64,000 bases of DNA from Marsupella aquatica. Its lineage: Eukaryota; Plantae; Marchantiophyta. The notes under the pieces are model-generated. The model saw nothing but the letters and a program-made list of their open reading frames with translations. It was not told the origin of the DNA and made no database searches. The translations under genes were made by a program, and so were the position numbers. The DNA lies in assembly GCA_973895155.1 (NCBI GenBank), contig OZ316894.1, forward strand, positions 24,364,709-24,428,708, read 5' to 3'. Below, piece by piece: positions 1-11,024 of this stretch (position 1 is the first letter of the stretch; each line of letters opens with the position of its first letter).

Positions 1-647
1 TCATCTGCACAAGAAGAGGTCCTGTCGTGCATGAGATGGTGCATGGAAAATAGAATCCATCATTGTGTAACTGATGTCATTGGTAAGGTTCATATTTCAC
101 CTGATGTTTGCAGGCATTGCCCTGAAGCGAGTATCCACATGTACACGAGCAACTATCCTTGTCCCAATCTGTGACTACGTGTTCCTTGGGACCCACACCC
201 AAATACATCACGAAACTGAGGTGTATATGTATTTGACATAAGGTGGATTAGTACATGGTTTCTTCGTCAATTCTATGAGTGTACTGGACAATCATTTTGT
301 ATCAAACTGCTTAATATGCTAAGTTGATATTGGTTGTATGTGATTATGATGTAAATTGGATTGCATATCCCATTGACATATATGAGTAACTTTTACATAA
401 AAACATGTCATGGCTTAATTGTAATGTTCATGTACTTGAACCAACGTCAGTTAGATATCCGGTAGACATTAAAAATTAACAATAGATTGCTACGATATGT
501 CCATGTATTAAACAAAAAAAGATCGCATATAGATGATGTAGTAATATTGACTTAATAATGGGTAAGAAGTAGTTATTGGGTTGTGCATGCAGCTCATTCT
601 ACCACACATCTCTTGCTCTTACTTTACTATGATTGCAGCACGTCGAC

Positions 648-821
648 CCTCTTTTAATGTTGTCATACTCGAACACATGTTATCAAGGCGGGAGGGCATT
701 GTGAGCAAGGTAGAGCAGGCACAGTGACTGGAGTTCCTCTTTTAATGTTGTCATACTCGAACACATGTTATCAAGGCGGGAGGGCATTGTGAGCAAGGTA
801 GAGCAGGCACAGTGACTGGAG
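648..821. repeat. Tandem duplication, 2 x 86 bp (period 88)
   Basis: cctcttttaatg...gtgactggag occurs at 648-733 and again at 736-821. Confidence 0.95.
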
Positions 822-914
822 CTCCGGCATGTCGAAGAGGAAGTCCAGATTTTGTAGCACAAGCAAATCTGAATCGATGTAGATGACTTTATCATACTGG
901 GTAAGCTGCCATAA
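822..914 (-). pseudogene. Fragment of a GT8 glycogenin-like (PGSIP/GUX-type) glycosyltransferase
   Basis: LWQLTQYDKVIYIDSDLLVLQNLDFLFDMPE matches the GT8 DxD region (LWQLTxYDKIIFIDADLLxLxNIDFLFxMPE); no recognisable GT8 sequence on either side. Confidence 0.75.
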
Positions 915-2859
915 GCAGAACATCACATTCCATTGAAGGAGGAATGTTGTTATGTGATTGCATCTTAGAGGATTCAAAGGGGATTTCACAACTGCGTGCC
1001 ATATGCTTACACTCTTCATTTGTAGCTAATGAACCAATCCTTTGTGAAACAAAGCATTGGCACCCACGTTCATACAATACCAATTCTCACACAGCATCTG
1101 CCAAACCGAGATAATTGACACGAGATCAACTCAGAAATATGTTCCAGCTCACTTCATGGAAGCCACGAGTTACTGCACAATGTAGAACTAACCTAGTTAC
1201 AGACTAGTATGTGCTTCAATAATCCCGAATAACTGGTGCTTCAATGTTCATTAGGGCAGGAAAGGCTCACTCGCACCATCCTGACCACCTGAGACGGCAG
1301 GCCATGCCTGTGTGTTTTGGGGGGGGGGGAGGGTGGGTTTGGAAAGGGACGCTGCGACGAGGGAATGGACTCGAGAAGAGCAACTCGATCAGGCCAGCGA
1401 TAGTCCTAGGGAACTCTCGTCCCCAGGGAGGAAATCTCCCTACAAGGTAGAGCCAAAGGAATCCAAGCCCGCACCGATCCCTCTGTGGACGGCTGGCGGG
1501 CAGTTGACAGAAGGGAGAAATTTCGATCCTATCTGCAACATAGACTTTCCTGGAATTCAGTGATGGAAGGGACTTACCTGGTCTAGATGAGAGATCCAAC
1601 TGAACTCGCTACGGACGTTGCCAGATGAGAGGTACTCAAACCTACAGCGAGAACACTAATCGCGGGCTGCCCCACTAGAAGACACTAGGGTGATGTAGAG
1701 GAGAACAAAAGAGATGGCGGAGACCATAATAGACGCAGACAGAAAGAGAGGACCATACACGTTCCAATGAAGACAACCTGGCAACAGAAGGAGAAACAAC
1801 TAAACTGACAGCGACAGAAGAGATAAATTAGTCTTCAACGTATTCGTTGCACACAAAGGTCCAGCCACCCACCGCATTAGAGTGGAATAGAACGGCTCCA
1901 AGAGAAGAATTTGGCTTCATTAGAGAGGCAAAGAGAGGCCTTTCTCACGCTTGCCAAGCTAGATGAGTCCTTTAATATTCATCCCGAAATGTTCATAATA
2001 GAATTGGAAGTATTGGAATATAACGTAACGGCAGAAGAGGGTGGATGGAGAAGTTCTCCAATGAAATTGACGGTGAGGGAGAAAAGGTGGGGCAGTACCA
2101 GCCTAGAAATCAAAAGCCAGTCTTGAATCCCGCAGTCGGCATTGGGTATATGAGAAGCTCGGGGAGTGGCGAGCTTGGATTGGACTGGGGGTAGCTCTGC
2201 GTCATTTTGGGTGGAGTGCAGACATAGGAATATTGTAGGGTGGGTCGTTGACGCGGTGGGTCCTTGCTTCCGTGCTTTTGCCGTGGTTCTGGTACGTCTT
2301 CAGTGGTCTCCTCGGCTTGCTGGCTGGCCTTCCTGGTAGTGGTGGTGGTGGTGGTGCTGTCAGCGACCTCGTTTCGTCTCCCTTCTTGTTTCCCTCCATT
2401 GGTGCACAGTTCTGCCATTTTTGCAAGTGAACATTTGTCAATTTGCGACAGAATGTCGTGTAATTCACTTCATGAACAAAGTTCATCGGGTTTCCAGAGA
2501 ATTCAGAAGAGGCATTCAAAAGGCAGCTTGATATTGGAACTACGAAGATGATCCATGACGCGATATTCCCTAGTCACTACCAGCTCGACAACATACAGAC
2601 TGAGGAAACCATCTCCTCAAATCTACGTTTCCAGCAATCAGGTGAAGGGGCTGCTCGTTGAAAGCGCTCCGTAGATTGTGGAGAGTCTATCGAGCATAGC
2701 GCGTCACAGTGTTTCAATAATCAAGCCGTTCTTTTGTCTGTTCCTTGGTAAATTCCCCTCCTCAAACTACTCCAATTCATGTTGAATTTCGGATAGCACC
2801 TGGCGAAACGGAACTATTTGATGGGACTCCAAATCGTGGAAGCTGCTGCTCTAGTTTCC

Positions 2860-3935
2860 ATTTCTGCATTTCCCCATAGCACAGTCATCCTTGTCCTAAA
2901 CATCCTCTGATATTTCCATTCTCAAAGCAGCAGTGAATCGAAAGAAAAAACTGGACGGATCTCACCGAACCAAGATGACCACGATTCACCACCTTCCTCT
3001 ACGCTCTGAGGCGAACGGATCAGTCTAAGGTGAAATTTGTCCCCAGCTCTGCATTTCCACACCCCAGAGCCATCCTTCTCCTACGAATCCTCCGATTTCC
3101 CCTTTCTTAGAACAACAGGGGATAGCAAAAGAAAAGTGGATTCAACAACAAAGAAATCCATGATTCAGCGCCTTCCTCTAAGCTCCGACGCAAACGGATA
3201 ATCTATTCGAGAAGTGAAACTCGTTCCTACCTCCGCATTTCCACAGCGCAGAGCCAGTTGTTGAGGTCCTCAGCTAATTTTGCACAGTTCACATGCAACA
3301 CTTCAAATCAGTGTATTACTCAACACTTAATGTTTTGCTAAAGACGATCGTGTTCCTTAATAGGGCCTCCATCTAAGAATCCTTTGATTCCCCATTGTCA
3401 AAACAACAAGGGATAGCAAGCGAAAACAGGATTCCACAAACCAAGATGTCCACGATTCAGCGGCTACCTTTAAGCTCCAAGGCGAACGAATCAGTGTAAG
3501 ATTTGAGAAGTGAAATTCGTTCCTACCTCTACATTTCCACACCCCAGAGCCATCCTTTCCCTAAAAATCCTCCGATTCCCCTTTCCCAGAACAACAGAGG
3601 ATAGCAAGAAAAAACTGGATTCAGCAAACCAAGAAGTCTACGATTCAGCGCCTTCCTTTCAGCTTCGAGGCGAGCGGATTAGTCTAAGATTCGAGAAGTG
3701 AAAGAACTTCCCACCTCTGCATATATTTCCACAGCGCAGAGGCATCTCCTCCTAAAAATCCCCCGATTCCCACTTTCTCATAACAACAGCGGACAAAAAA
3801 AGAAAACTGGATTCAAACCAAGAAGTCCACGATTGAGCGCCTTCCTCTAGGCTCCGAGGTGGACGAATCAGTCTAAGATTCGAGAGACAAAATTTGTTCC
3901 CAGCTCTGCATTTCCACACCGCAGAGCCATCCGTT
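2860..3935. repeat. Degenerate tandem array, ~185-bp unit, about 5.5 copies, one interrupted by a ~110-bp insertion
   Basis: The motif tctgcatttccac and variants recur at ~2863, 3048, 3232, 3528, 3717 and 3906; shared blocks gattcagcgccttcct and cagtctaagattcgagaagtgaaa. Confidence 0.85.
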
Positions 3936-4233
3936 CTCCATCTCGTGATAATGCATCATGTCCACCCATGGCAGTCTCTCCCGGATCACAATTTCCACCC
4001 ATGGTAGTCTCTACGGATCACAATGCCTGCATGGAGCAAAGAAAGATGCTAATTGACACTTTACCAATTCACGATTGAAATCCCTCTGCCACGGAACAAA
4101 ATAAGAATTATCAATTTCAAAATTGGGGCGCTAGCGCCATTTTCCAAATCAAGTAGAGTACACTTCAACGATCTTTATAATTACATTTTCCAAGTGAGAT
4201 GAAGATCAATGGTGCGGGCCAGTTGCTGCGGTG

Positions 4234-4332
4234 TCGATCCATGGCCTCCAAGCCACTTGCTGAAGCGTCGATCGATCCATGGCCTCCAGGCCACTTGCAG
4301 AAGTGTCGATCCATGGCCTCCAGGCCACTTGC
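4234..4332. repeat. Three short direct repeats cgatccatggcctcca(a/g)gccacttgc
   Basis: Seen directly, spacing ~35-38 bp. Confidence 0.9.
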
Positions 4333-4534
4333 ACCATTCCATAAAGTAAGTTTGAAATACTTTGGGCTCATTTTCAATGGCTGAGCCCTGGCTTATCCAA
4401 CGAGCAGTAGAGGGGAGACAAGTCGACATAATTGATTTGGATCTGTATCCGGACCCTCCTCCTCCAGCAGTTGTGTCTCCTCCTCCTTCCTGTCCAGGCA
4501 CGCCTCCCCAACCTGCTGAAAAAAGACTTCTATC

Positions 4535-5730
4535 ATGAGGAAACGTAGCTTCAGTCAAGACACTGTTCACAGTGGCAAAAAGTTAGGGAGAGATACTTTT
4601 GTCAATACTGTTAGAAACTCTCAAACTAGTTCCAGTCAGCGAGGGTCCCTTGAGAGTACAAATCCTGACGGCTCTCCTAGCCCACCGTTACATTCTTCTG
4701 GAGATGCACGTGCTTGTTCAAAGGGTCAGGTGCCATTTCAAACAACGTTGCCATCTTCTGGGAATCCACGCACTTTTCTAGCAGATCAGGTGCCCGAGGC
4801 AAGCACTGCGCATGCAGAGATTCCACACATGGAGGTTACACAGCAGAAGTCATTGGTAAATGCTGGCGAGCGGATACAACTTCAACTTTTGAGGGGAGAG
4901 ATCAAGCAAGCACAAGAGACTATTCAGTTTTTACTCAAAGCAAATCAAAGTGCATTGAAGGATAGCGAAGAACCGCCTGCTCACTGTAACCCGAGAATTT
5001 TGAAGAGAATTTCGAACTCTGTTGTCAGCCACCTGCTCTTGGAGAAAGAGCTACTCTATCCTACAGAGGATATTCAGCAAGAGGCATTGCTGCATGAATT
5101 TGGAATTTCTATTGAAGACAAGAAATCTCGTGATGAATTCGTTAGAGCCTGGAACAACAATACCAGCCAACCAAATTTCAGAGCAATCATGAAAGATGCA
5201 ATGAGGAGGAGAAAAGGATCGCTCACAAAGGTAAGCTTTCAACAAGATCAGAAGTAAAATACTATTCACTCTCCTTATGTTGTATAATTATTCTAAAATT
5301 CTAGTACTATTTTATTTTGCAGAGTCTCAGAGATGAGCTGTATCAACAATTGGGAGTCAGGAAGTATCACAGAGGATCAACTTTATAGGAGAAAGAATAT
5401 TTCATAAAAGAACTACAGGTCCACAAGCACAATGACGCATGGAGAACCTCTGAGTCAGATGGAATATGGGACCCTTGGGGTTCTTTAGCAGTGCATGCTG
5501 CCATTTCCAAGGCAATCTTTGCAGTTCACTATATCCCGTCTGACATAATTTCACTGTCTCTTGATCTGGCTGCTTTCATATTTTATGTGCTGACTTTGGC
5601 TATGGAGGACCGGAATCTACAGGGCAACGAAAGACTTACTCTGGCAGGCGAGTTGGAGGAAATGTCGCAGAAAATTGTTGAGTGGGAGCCATATATGAAG
5701 CGCATAGCAATTAAGTGTCCTGACGCTTAG
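4535..5730 (+). pseudogene. Two-exon gene of unknown function, probably transposon-associated, with one premature stop
   Basis: ORF 4535-5230, GT-AG intron 5231-5322, exon 5323-5730 in frame with the 5491 ORF; TAG at 5386-5388; a Pro-rich reading from 4377 is out of frame. Confidence 0.5.
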
Positions 5731-7445
5731 TATGACAAGAAGCTGATGTATGAACCTGACAAGTTACTTTTCTGAAAAATAAAATAGGCCAACAATTTAC
5801 AACTAGTCAGTTGATAGCTATAATTTGCGAGTAGATAGTGGACCTACTTTAGTTGTATCTACTTACTGTTGCAAACCAGATAAACTCTGCGTACTTGTCA
5901 TTTTCTTTTTGTTCAGTTGTTATTCTCTGTTGCAAATCCAGAAAATCAAATAAAAATCAAATAAAGATCAATATGGTCTGAACCTACTATATCTATCTCC
6001 TTCACTTTGCAAAATGATTCCTTGCAGTAAAGGTCCCGCAAAGAATAGATTGCATGCTGGATCTTTCTCTGCAGTGCGGATCTCCATTTGAGATTGCTGT
6101 AGAAGATTGTGGCAAGTTACCAGTCTCATCATCATTGGTGCCATCACTATGAAAATGAACACAGTCTTTGATCTCCTTTTGTAGACGTCCATGTAGAGTG
6201 AAAATTAACAGTGAATCTTTTCAGGTTCCACTGCCAAAATGAAACGCCCTTCTCTCGCTCTTGCTTTTACCTGCATGCTAAACCTTTTGTTGCTCGGTGA
6301 ATGACTCCAATTCTCTGGTTGTCTGTACAAATCCTCCACTCCTCATAGCCTTCCCTTTCACTATTACACGACCGTGGATAGATGACAACAGCCTCTCTTT
6401 TCTGAATTCTGATTTCAGTCAAACTCTCAACTCCCACACAGGCTAGCTGTCGCCTGGTGGGCATCATATAAAACAATACCAGTGCATCATTTCCAGTTCA
6501 CTTGCTGGATTGTTCAAGTTTTTGCTGGGTAGACACTATAGTAGGGCAGGCAAAATATAGGACTATTTTAAATGGACACGTGCATCAGCTTTTCAGATCC
6601 TTCAATGTCAGCTTTCCCCGTCATGCCTGCATGCCAAAGCAAAATTGGGTTAGCGTGAACTTAAATATCTTGCCCACCAACTACTGTAGACTTTTTTTAA
6701 TTAGAAGTTTAACAGGCACTAGACTGACACATACATCAGGCATGCAGGAAGAGCAATTCGGAATATCATGGGAGATGCTCAGCGTGCAAAAATTACATTG
6801 ACATGATGGACAAAGGGGAAGGACATCGAGGATCTTTAGAATCTTAGAATACAAAGTTGAGACCGTCCATACTCAAAAGCAGTTTTGTGCCAGTTGCTCA
6901 AAGGTTTAGGGTTTGTGTGCCGCACAAGTTGGAATACACCCGGCCAGAGCAACCACAGTAGGAACAATCTAACATTCCAACAATCTAACTCCACGCAGTT
7001 CGATGTTCATTGCAATAATAGCTTCTGCCTGTCTGGAATTCATTTTTGACACCGAACACAAACAGATCGGCGCCGGACTGATTCTTCATCCGGACAAAGA
7101 GATTAGATACTCTAAATGAATCTTGAGTGGTCCAATTTGCCCTCGCATTTAGAGCACACGTACAATGTAATCTACTCTGTCTCAGCGCATCTTCCCGCAC
7201 GAAAACCCTCATGCATTCCATTGTCCATCTAGCCATGCAAACAATTCAAAGCGAACAGCGAGTTACTGTCACTGATTGCTATTGTCACATTCGCCTATTT
7301 GTGCAAGAGCGTTTTGGCATCAAAATCTTTCAAGGACCCATGAAGGACCAATTTTGAGCTCAAAAAACTTGACCGGGAGGTAGAAAATCTGAAAGTATGC
7401 TCTACGTGTTATAAAAGCAGATTTATTCCCTGCACTCTTTTTGCA

Positions 7446-7567
7446 CGTCAAAGCGGCTCTTCCGGACGTCAAGACGGCCCTTCCGGACGTCAAGACGGCC
7501 CTTCCGGACGTCAAGACTACAATTCGTCGCTCATGCCCGAGACGGCCCTTCCAAATGTCAAGACGCC
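7446..7567. repeat. 21-bp tandem repeat gacgtcaagacggcccttccg (about 3 copies plus one variant)
   Basis: Seen directly; translates as (KTALPDV)n. Confidence 0.9.
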
Positions 7568-8314
7568 CGTCGGGGGCGGCCAACGGGGCTGCGCTCTTTG
7601 TAGTAGGAGGGGGAGGGGAGGGGGAGGAGGGGGAGGGGGAGGAGGAGGAAGGGGCGAAGCAAGGAGTTTAGGGGAATTGGAGTTGAGGGCCGCACGACGA
7701 CGGCAACGTGGAGAGGAAGTCGGGAGGAGGAGGAGGAGCAGCTGCGAGGGTGAGGAAGGAAAAATGCAGCACAAGGAGGAGCAGTGTCAAAATGGACGAG
7801 CCGGTGCAGCAGCAGCAACCTCAGTACTAGTCCAACTTAGACGACGAAGAGGAAGGGAAGGAGGAAGGGCGGGGCAGAGGAGGACGAGGAGTTCAACTAC
7901 TTTGACTACTTCGACCACCACTTCGGCCACTTGGAGAACTTGGAGAACACAGGCTGTAATCCTTGCGTTGCATACTCAGTCGGTGTGTATGCAATTGTCA
8001 AGGCATCGGGCGTTGATTGAAGGGGTGCTTTCTAGTCTGTCTCAACCCGATGAGCAACATATACTTTGAGGACACAAGACGACTTAAAGTTCATAGGTTA
8101 CAACCACGGTAGCTAGCATAGTTTGACAGCGATAGACGGTGAGAATCTATCATGAGCTAACATTCACGATATCAGAGGAGAGACCAGATTTCATAACAAG
8201 CTTATTTTAGCCTACATGTGCCAAGTCTGTAGATGCCTCTGACAGGGGCTTGCGGACGACAGTCATGGTCGGAGATCTTGACTTCAAGACGAGAAGGAAC
8301 ATTTGAACAAAGGT

Positions 8315-8593
8315 CAAATAAAGGGCCAGTTTCTTCCACATCTGACGCGAGATGCTGGGCACGGGATTGGAATCGAGTTCAACGAATCGAACATGACATT
8401 GTCTGTGAGCAATGATGGAGTCCTGCTGAAAGCGGGCATGGTGTTCAATGTCGTGCTTGGGTTCCAAGAGGTGGTGGATCCAACGACAAGAAAGTTCTCG
8501 ATGCTGTTGGCCGATACCGTAGTAGTTTTGGCCAAGGGGCCTCAGATTCTCACTGGCATGTGTGGGAAGTCCCTTGCACACATTCTGCTTTAG
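8315..8593 (+). pseudogene. SPT16: Isolated fragment of FACT subunit SPT16 (end of the M24 peptidase-like domain)
   Basis: LTRDAGHGIGIEFNESNMTLS...LKAGMVFNVVLGFQ...KFSMLLADTVVV...GPQILT matches the SPT16 pattern LTKSAGTGIGLEFRES...LKPGMVFNVSLGFQ...FSLLLADTVIV; only ~90 aa of a ~1000-aa protein. Confidence 0.8.
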
Positions 8594-11024
8594 TCCTCGT
8601 TTGTCTTTCGCGCCTTTGTATGATTTTTAGTTCTTTTTGTATACCAAAGTGAGTCCTCTTTAGAAGGCATTATCCCATATTAGCAAAGAGGGCATTATTG
8701 AATACTACTCTATGCTGCATTGTAGAGAAGATATTGAGACAAGATATTGAGAGTAAGAGCTAGAGAAGATTTCAGCCATCGTTAAGTCCTGTTCAGCTAC
8801 GAATCACGGAATGTAGCAGGTGAATATCCTCACTTTCAGAATGTTGATTGGACTGATTGATTAGTTGATTGATTCACTTACAGTTCAAGTCCCTCTCCCT
8901 CCCTAGCTCCAAGTAGGTGGCTTTGATGCCTCGCTTTCGAATAAGAGAGGGGCTTGGACAATGCGAGCTAGCTTCCGAGGAAAGGAAATAGACTGAGGAG
9001 AGAGGGAGAGAGACCGATAGAGACACAGAAGTGGACAAATTGGTCGGCTGGACTGCACAGTTCACGTTGCAGACATGACACTTTCCGAGACTAGCGGTGT
9101 CTAGTATTAGCTTGGAAAATTTTAACCTCTTGCTGGTGGAGGGAGCGCGGGCGTCAGAGCCGTCTTGCAGTGATACAGTCCTCTAGAATTCGAAGGTCAC
9201 TCAGGTTTAAGGCTACCGAAAGAAAGGAGAGCGAGCGGATGATGGAATGGATGGATTCTCTGGAGTCCTGCGCCAAAATGCCAACGAGTGTCCAATATGC
9301 AATGCTCTACTCTAGCATCCGATGGGCTCCTCGCCGTCAGGTAATTTAACCCTTGACTGTCAACATCCATAGGACACGGAACGTCCGACAGAAAGGAGGA
9401 AATGAGTGACGCGATGCTTGCGGTAGTAACGAGAATGGACGAGAGTGTACCGCACGGTAGTGGTAAGAGAGACAATTCCCGACGAGAGAGTCTATGCGAT
9501 GAAGCAATATTTCGGGGTCCTCAGGGTAGTGGGATGCAACCGATTGAGAGGAAGATCCCTGCTAAATCTTATACCAGGGAGTGAGTGAGAGGTGCCGGCA
9601 TTGCTCACAGGCGGGTTCACCTAGTGAGTTGACTCGCGGTTGCTCAGACATTGCATTTGGTTTTGCAAGCAAGGTGATGAGATCGAGGTTCCGGCATTCT
9701 GAACGGAACGGACAGACCTAGAGTGGTGCCAGTCGGTCTCCCTTCGGCCGCCGAACTTGGAATCGACAAGTATGGCAGAGGTCGAGGAGATGCAAGCGCA
9801 GAGGTCGAGGAGATGCAAGATGTTGGTACTGCAAGCGGTACCAGCAAAGGATATATGCTGCAGATTTCTTTCTCACTAGGGTGGCAAAGGGCTTTCCCTC
9901 AAAGCAAGAGAGGTCGAGGAGATGCAAGCGCGTTCAATAAGTAATAATATTCTTTTCGAGTGCAAGGGATGCGGAAGCTGCAAGCGAGAGAGAAATGTTG
10001 CTACGGGAGGGCCGAGCTCCAGTTTGCAATTTTGCACAGGTCTCGAGTCAAGCGGTCGAGTGAAAATCGACGAAGAGACAAGGTTAGGAAAGGGTTTAGA
10101 ATATTTTAATGTGAAGGTAAGTGGATCGAATTTGGTGGCAAACTCCCTGAATTCTTCACAAGTTTGTGGACCACTGCATGGTACGGGCTGCTTATAATTG
10201 GAACATCGATATATCTCCTTTTTCTCTAGGAGCTCGATGACAGGTTAGAGCGCGTCAAGGAGAGGTCAAGATGAAGTATCTGACTAGGAGCCCAAGTCAA
10301 AAGGAGACGCTATGGGCAAGAGCCGGACGTCAGATCCTACGGCAAAATTGTTGTCCGTCCGTCCACAGGGAGAAATCACACGGGATAGGGAAGAAACCGG
10401 GCGAGATTCTTACCTTTTTCAATTGCCATGATAGCCGGGAGTTCCGATTTCTGTGCTTCGCCTTGATAGAATGCTTCAATTAGATGTAGTAGCGAACAAA
10501 ACGAGAGAGCGTGTAGTCGTATAGCTAAGATTTATTTCCGGGAGCTTGCGAAAATGCTTTGACCTGGTTGCAAACGACTTGAGAACAAGACAGAGTGTTT
10601 AATAGAGCTCAGATTGCGCGGAGCTTTAACAACCTGCAGTTGCGAACGAATTGATGAATGAAACGAGGGCTCCCAAATAGTGAGCACAATGACAGGTAAC
10701 GCTACTGCATACTCAGCGAGAGACACCGCTACTGCACCAATGCTATTGCACATAACTATGCGTCCTACTGTAGGTGCGAACAAATTGACTAATCCAACGA
10801 GCGCTTCCAAAGAGTGAGCACAGCGAGAAGTAACGCTACTACATCAACACAACAGCGAGAACAACACTCGTGCATGATACCGATGGCCAATTTGCTTCCG
10901 TGCAATGTATGACACTGTTCAATTAGTGACAGATAGACGTTGCTTTTTCTGCAGAGGCGGACATCAGAAGGTGGGTATGTGATGTGATTTATTAGTGCAA
11001 CCAAAGGATTGGTCTATAATTAGT

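Noticed and set aside
1250-2550. Possible degenerate LINE on the minus strand (MNIKGL...KR and WNVYG-like peptides)
   Set aside because: Motifs are short and broken; no GDFN, SDH or RT motif found
7446-7567. CRISPR-like appearance of short repeats here and at 4234-4332
   Set aside because: No unique spacers of regular length, no cas genes, eukaryotic context
7533-8069. 178-aa Gly/Arg/Glu-rich ORF and overlapping Pro-rich antisense ORFs
   Set aside because: Products of purine-rich low-complexity sequence; no domain
9255-10500. Possible minus-strand LTR end plus PBS (ca-ttt-tggcgc near 9280) and three gaggtcgaggagatgcaag repeats
   Set aside because: No second LTR, TSD or gag/pol sequence to support it
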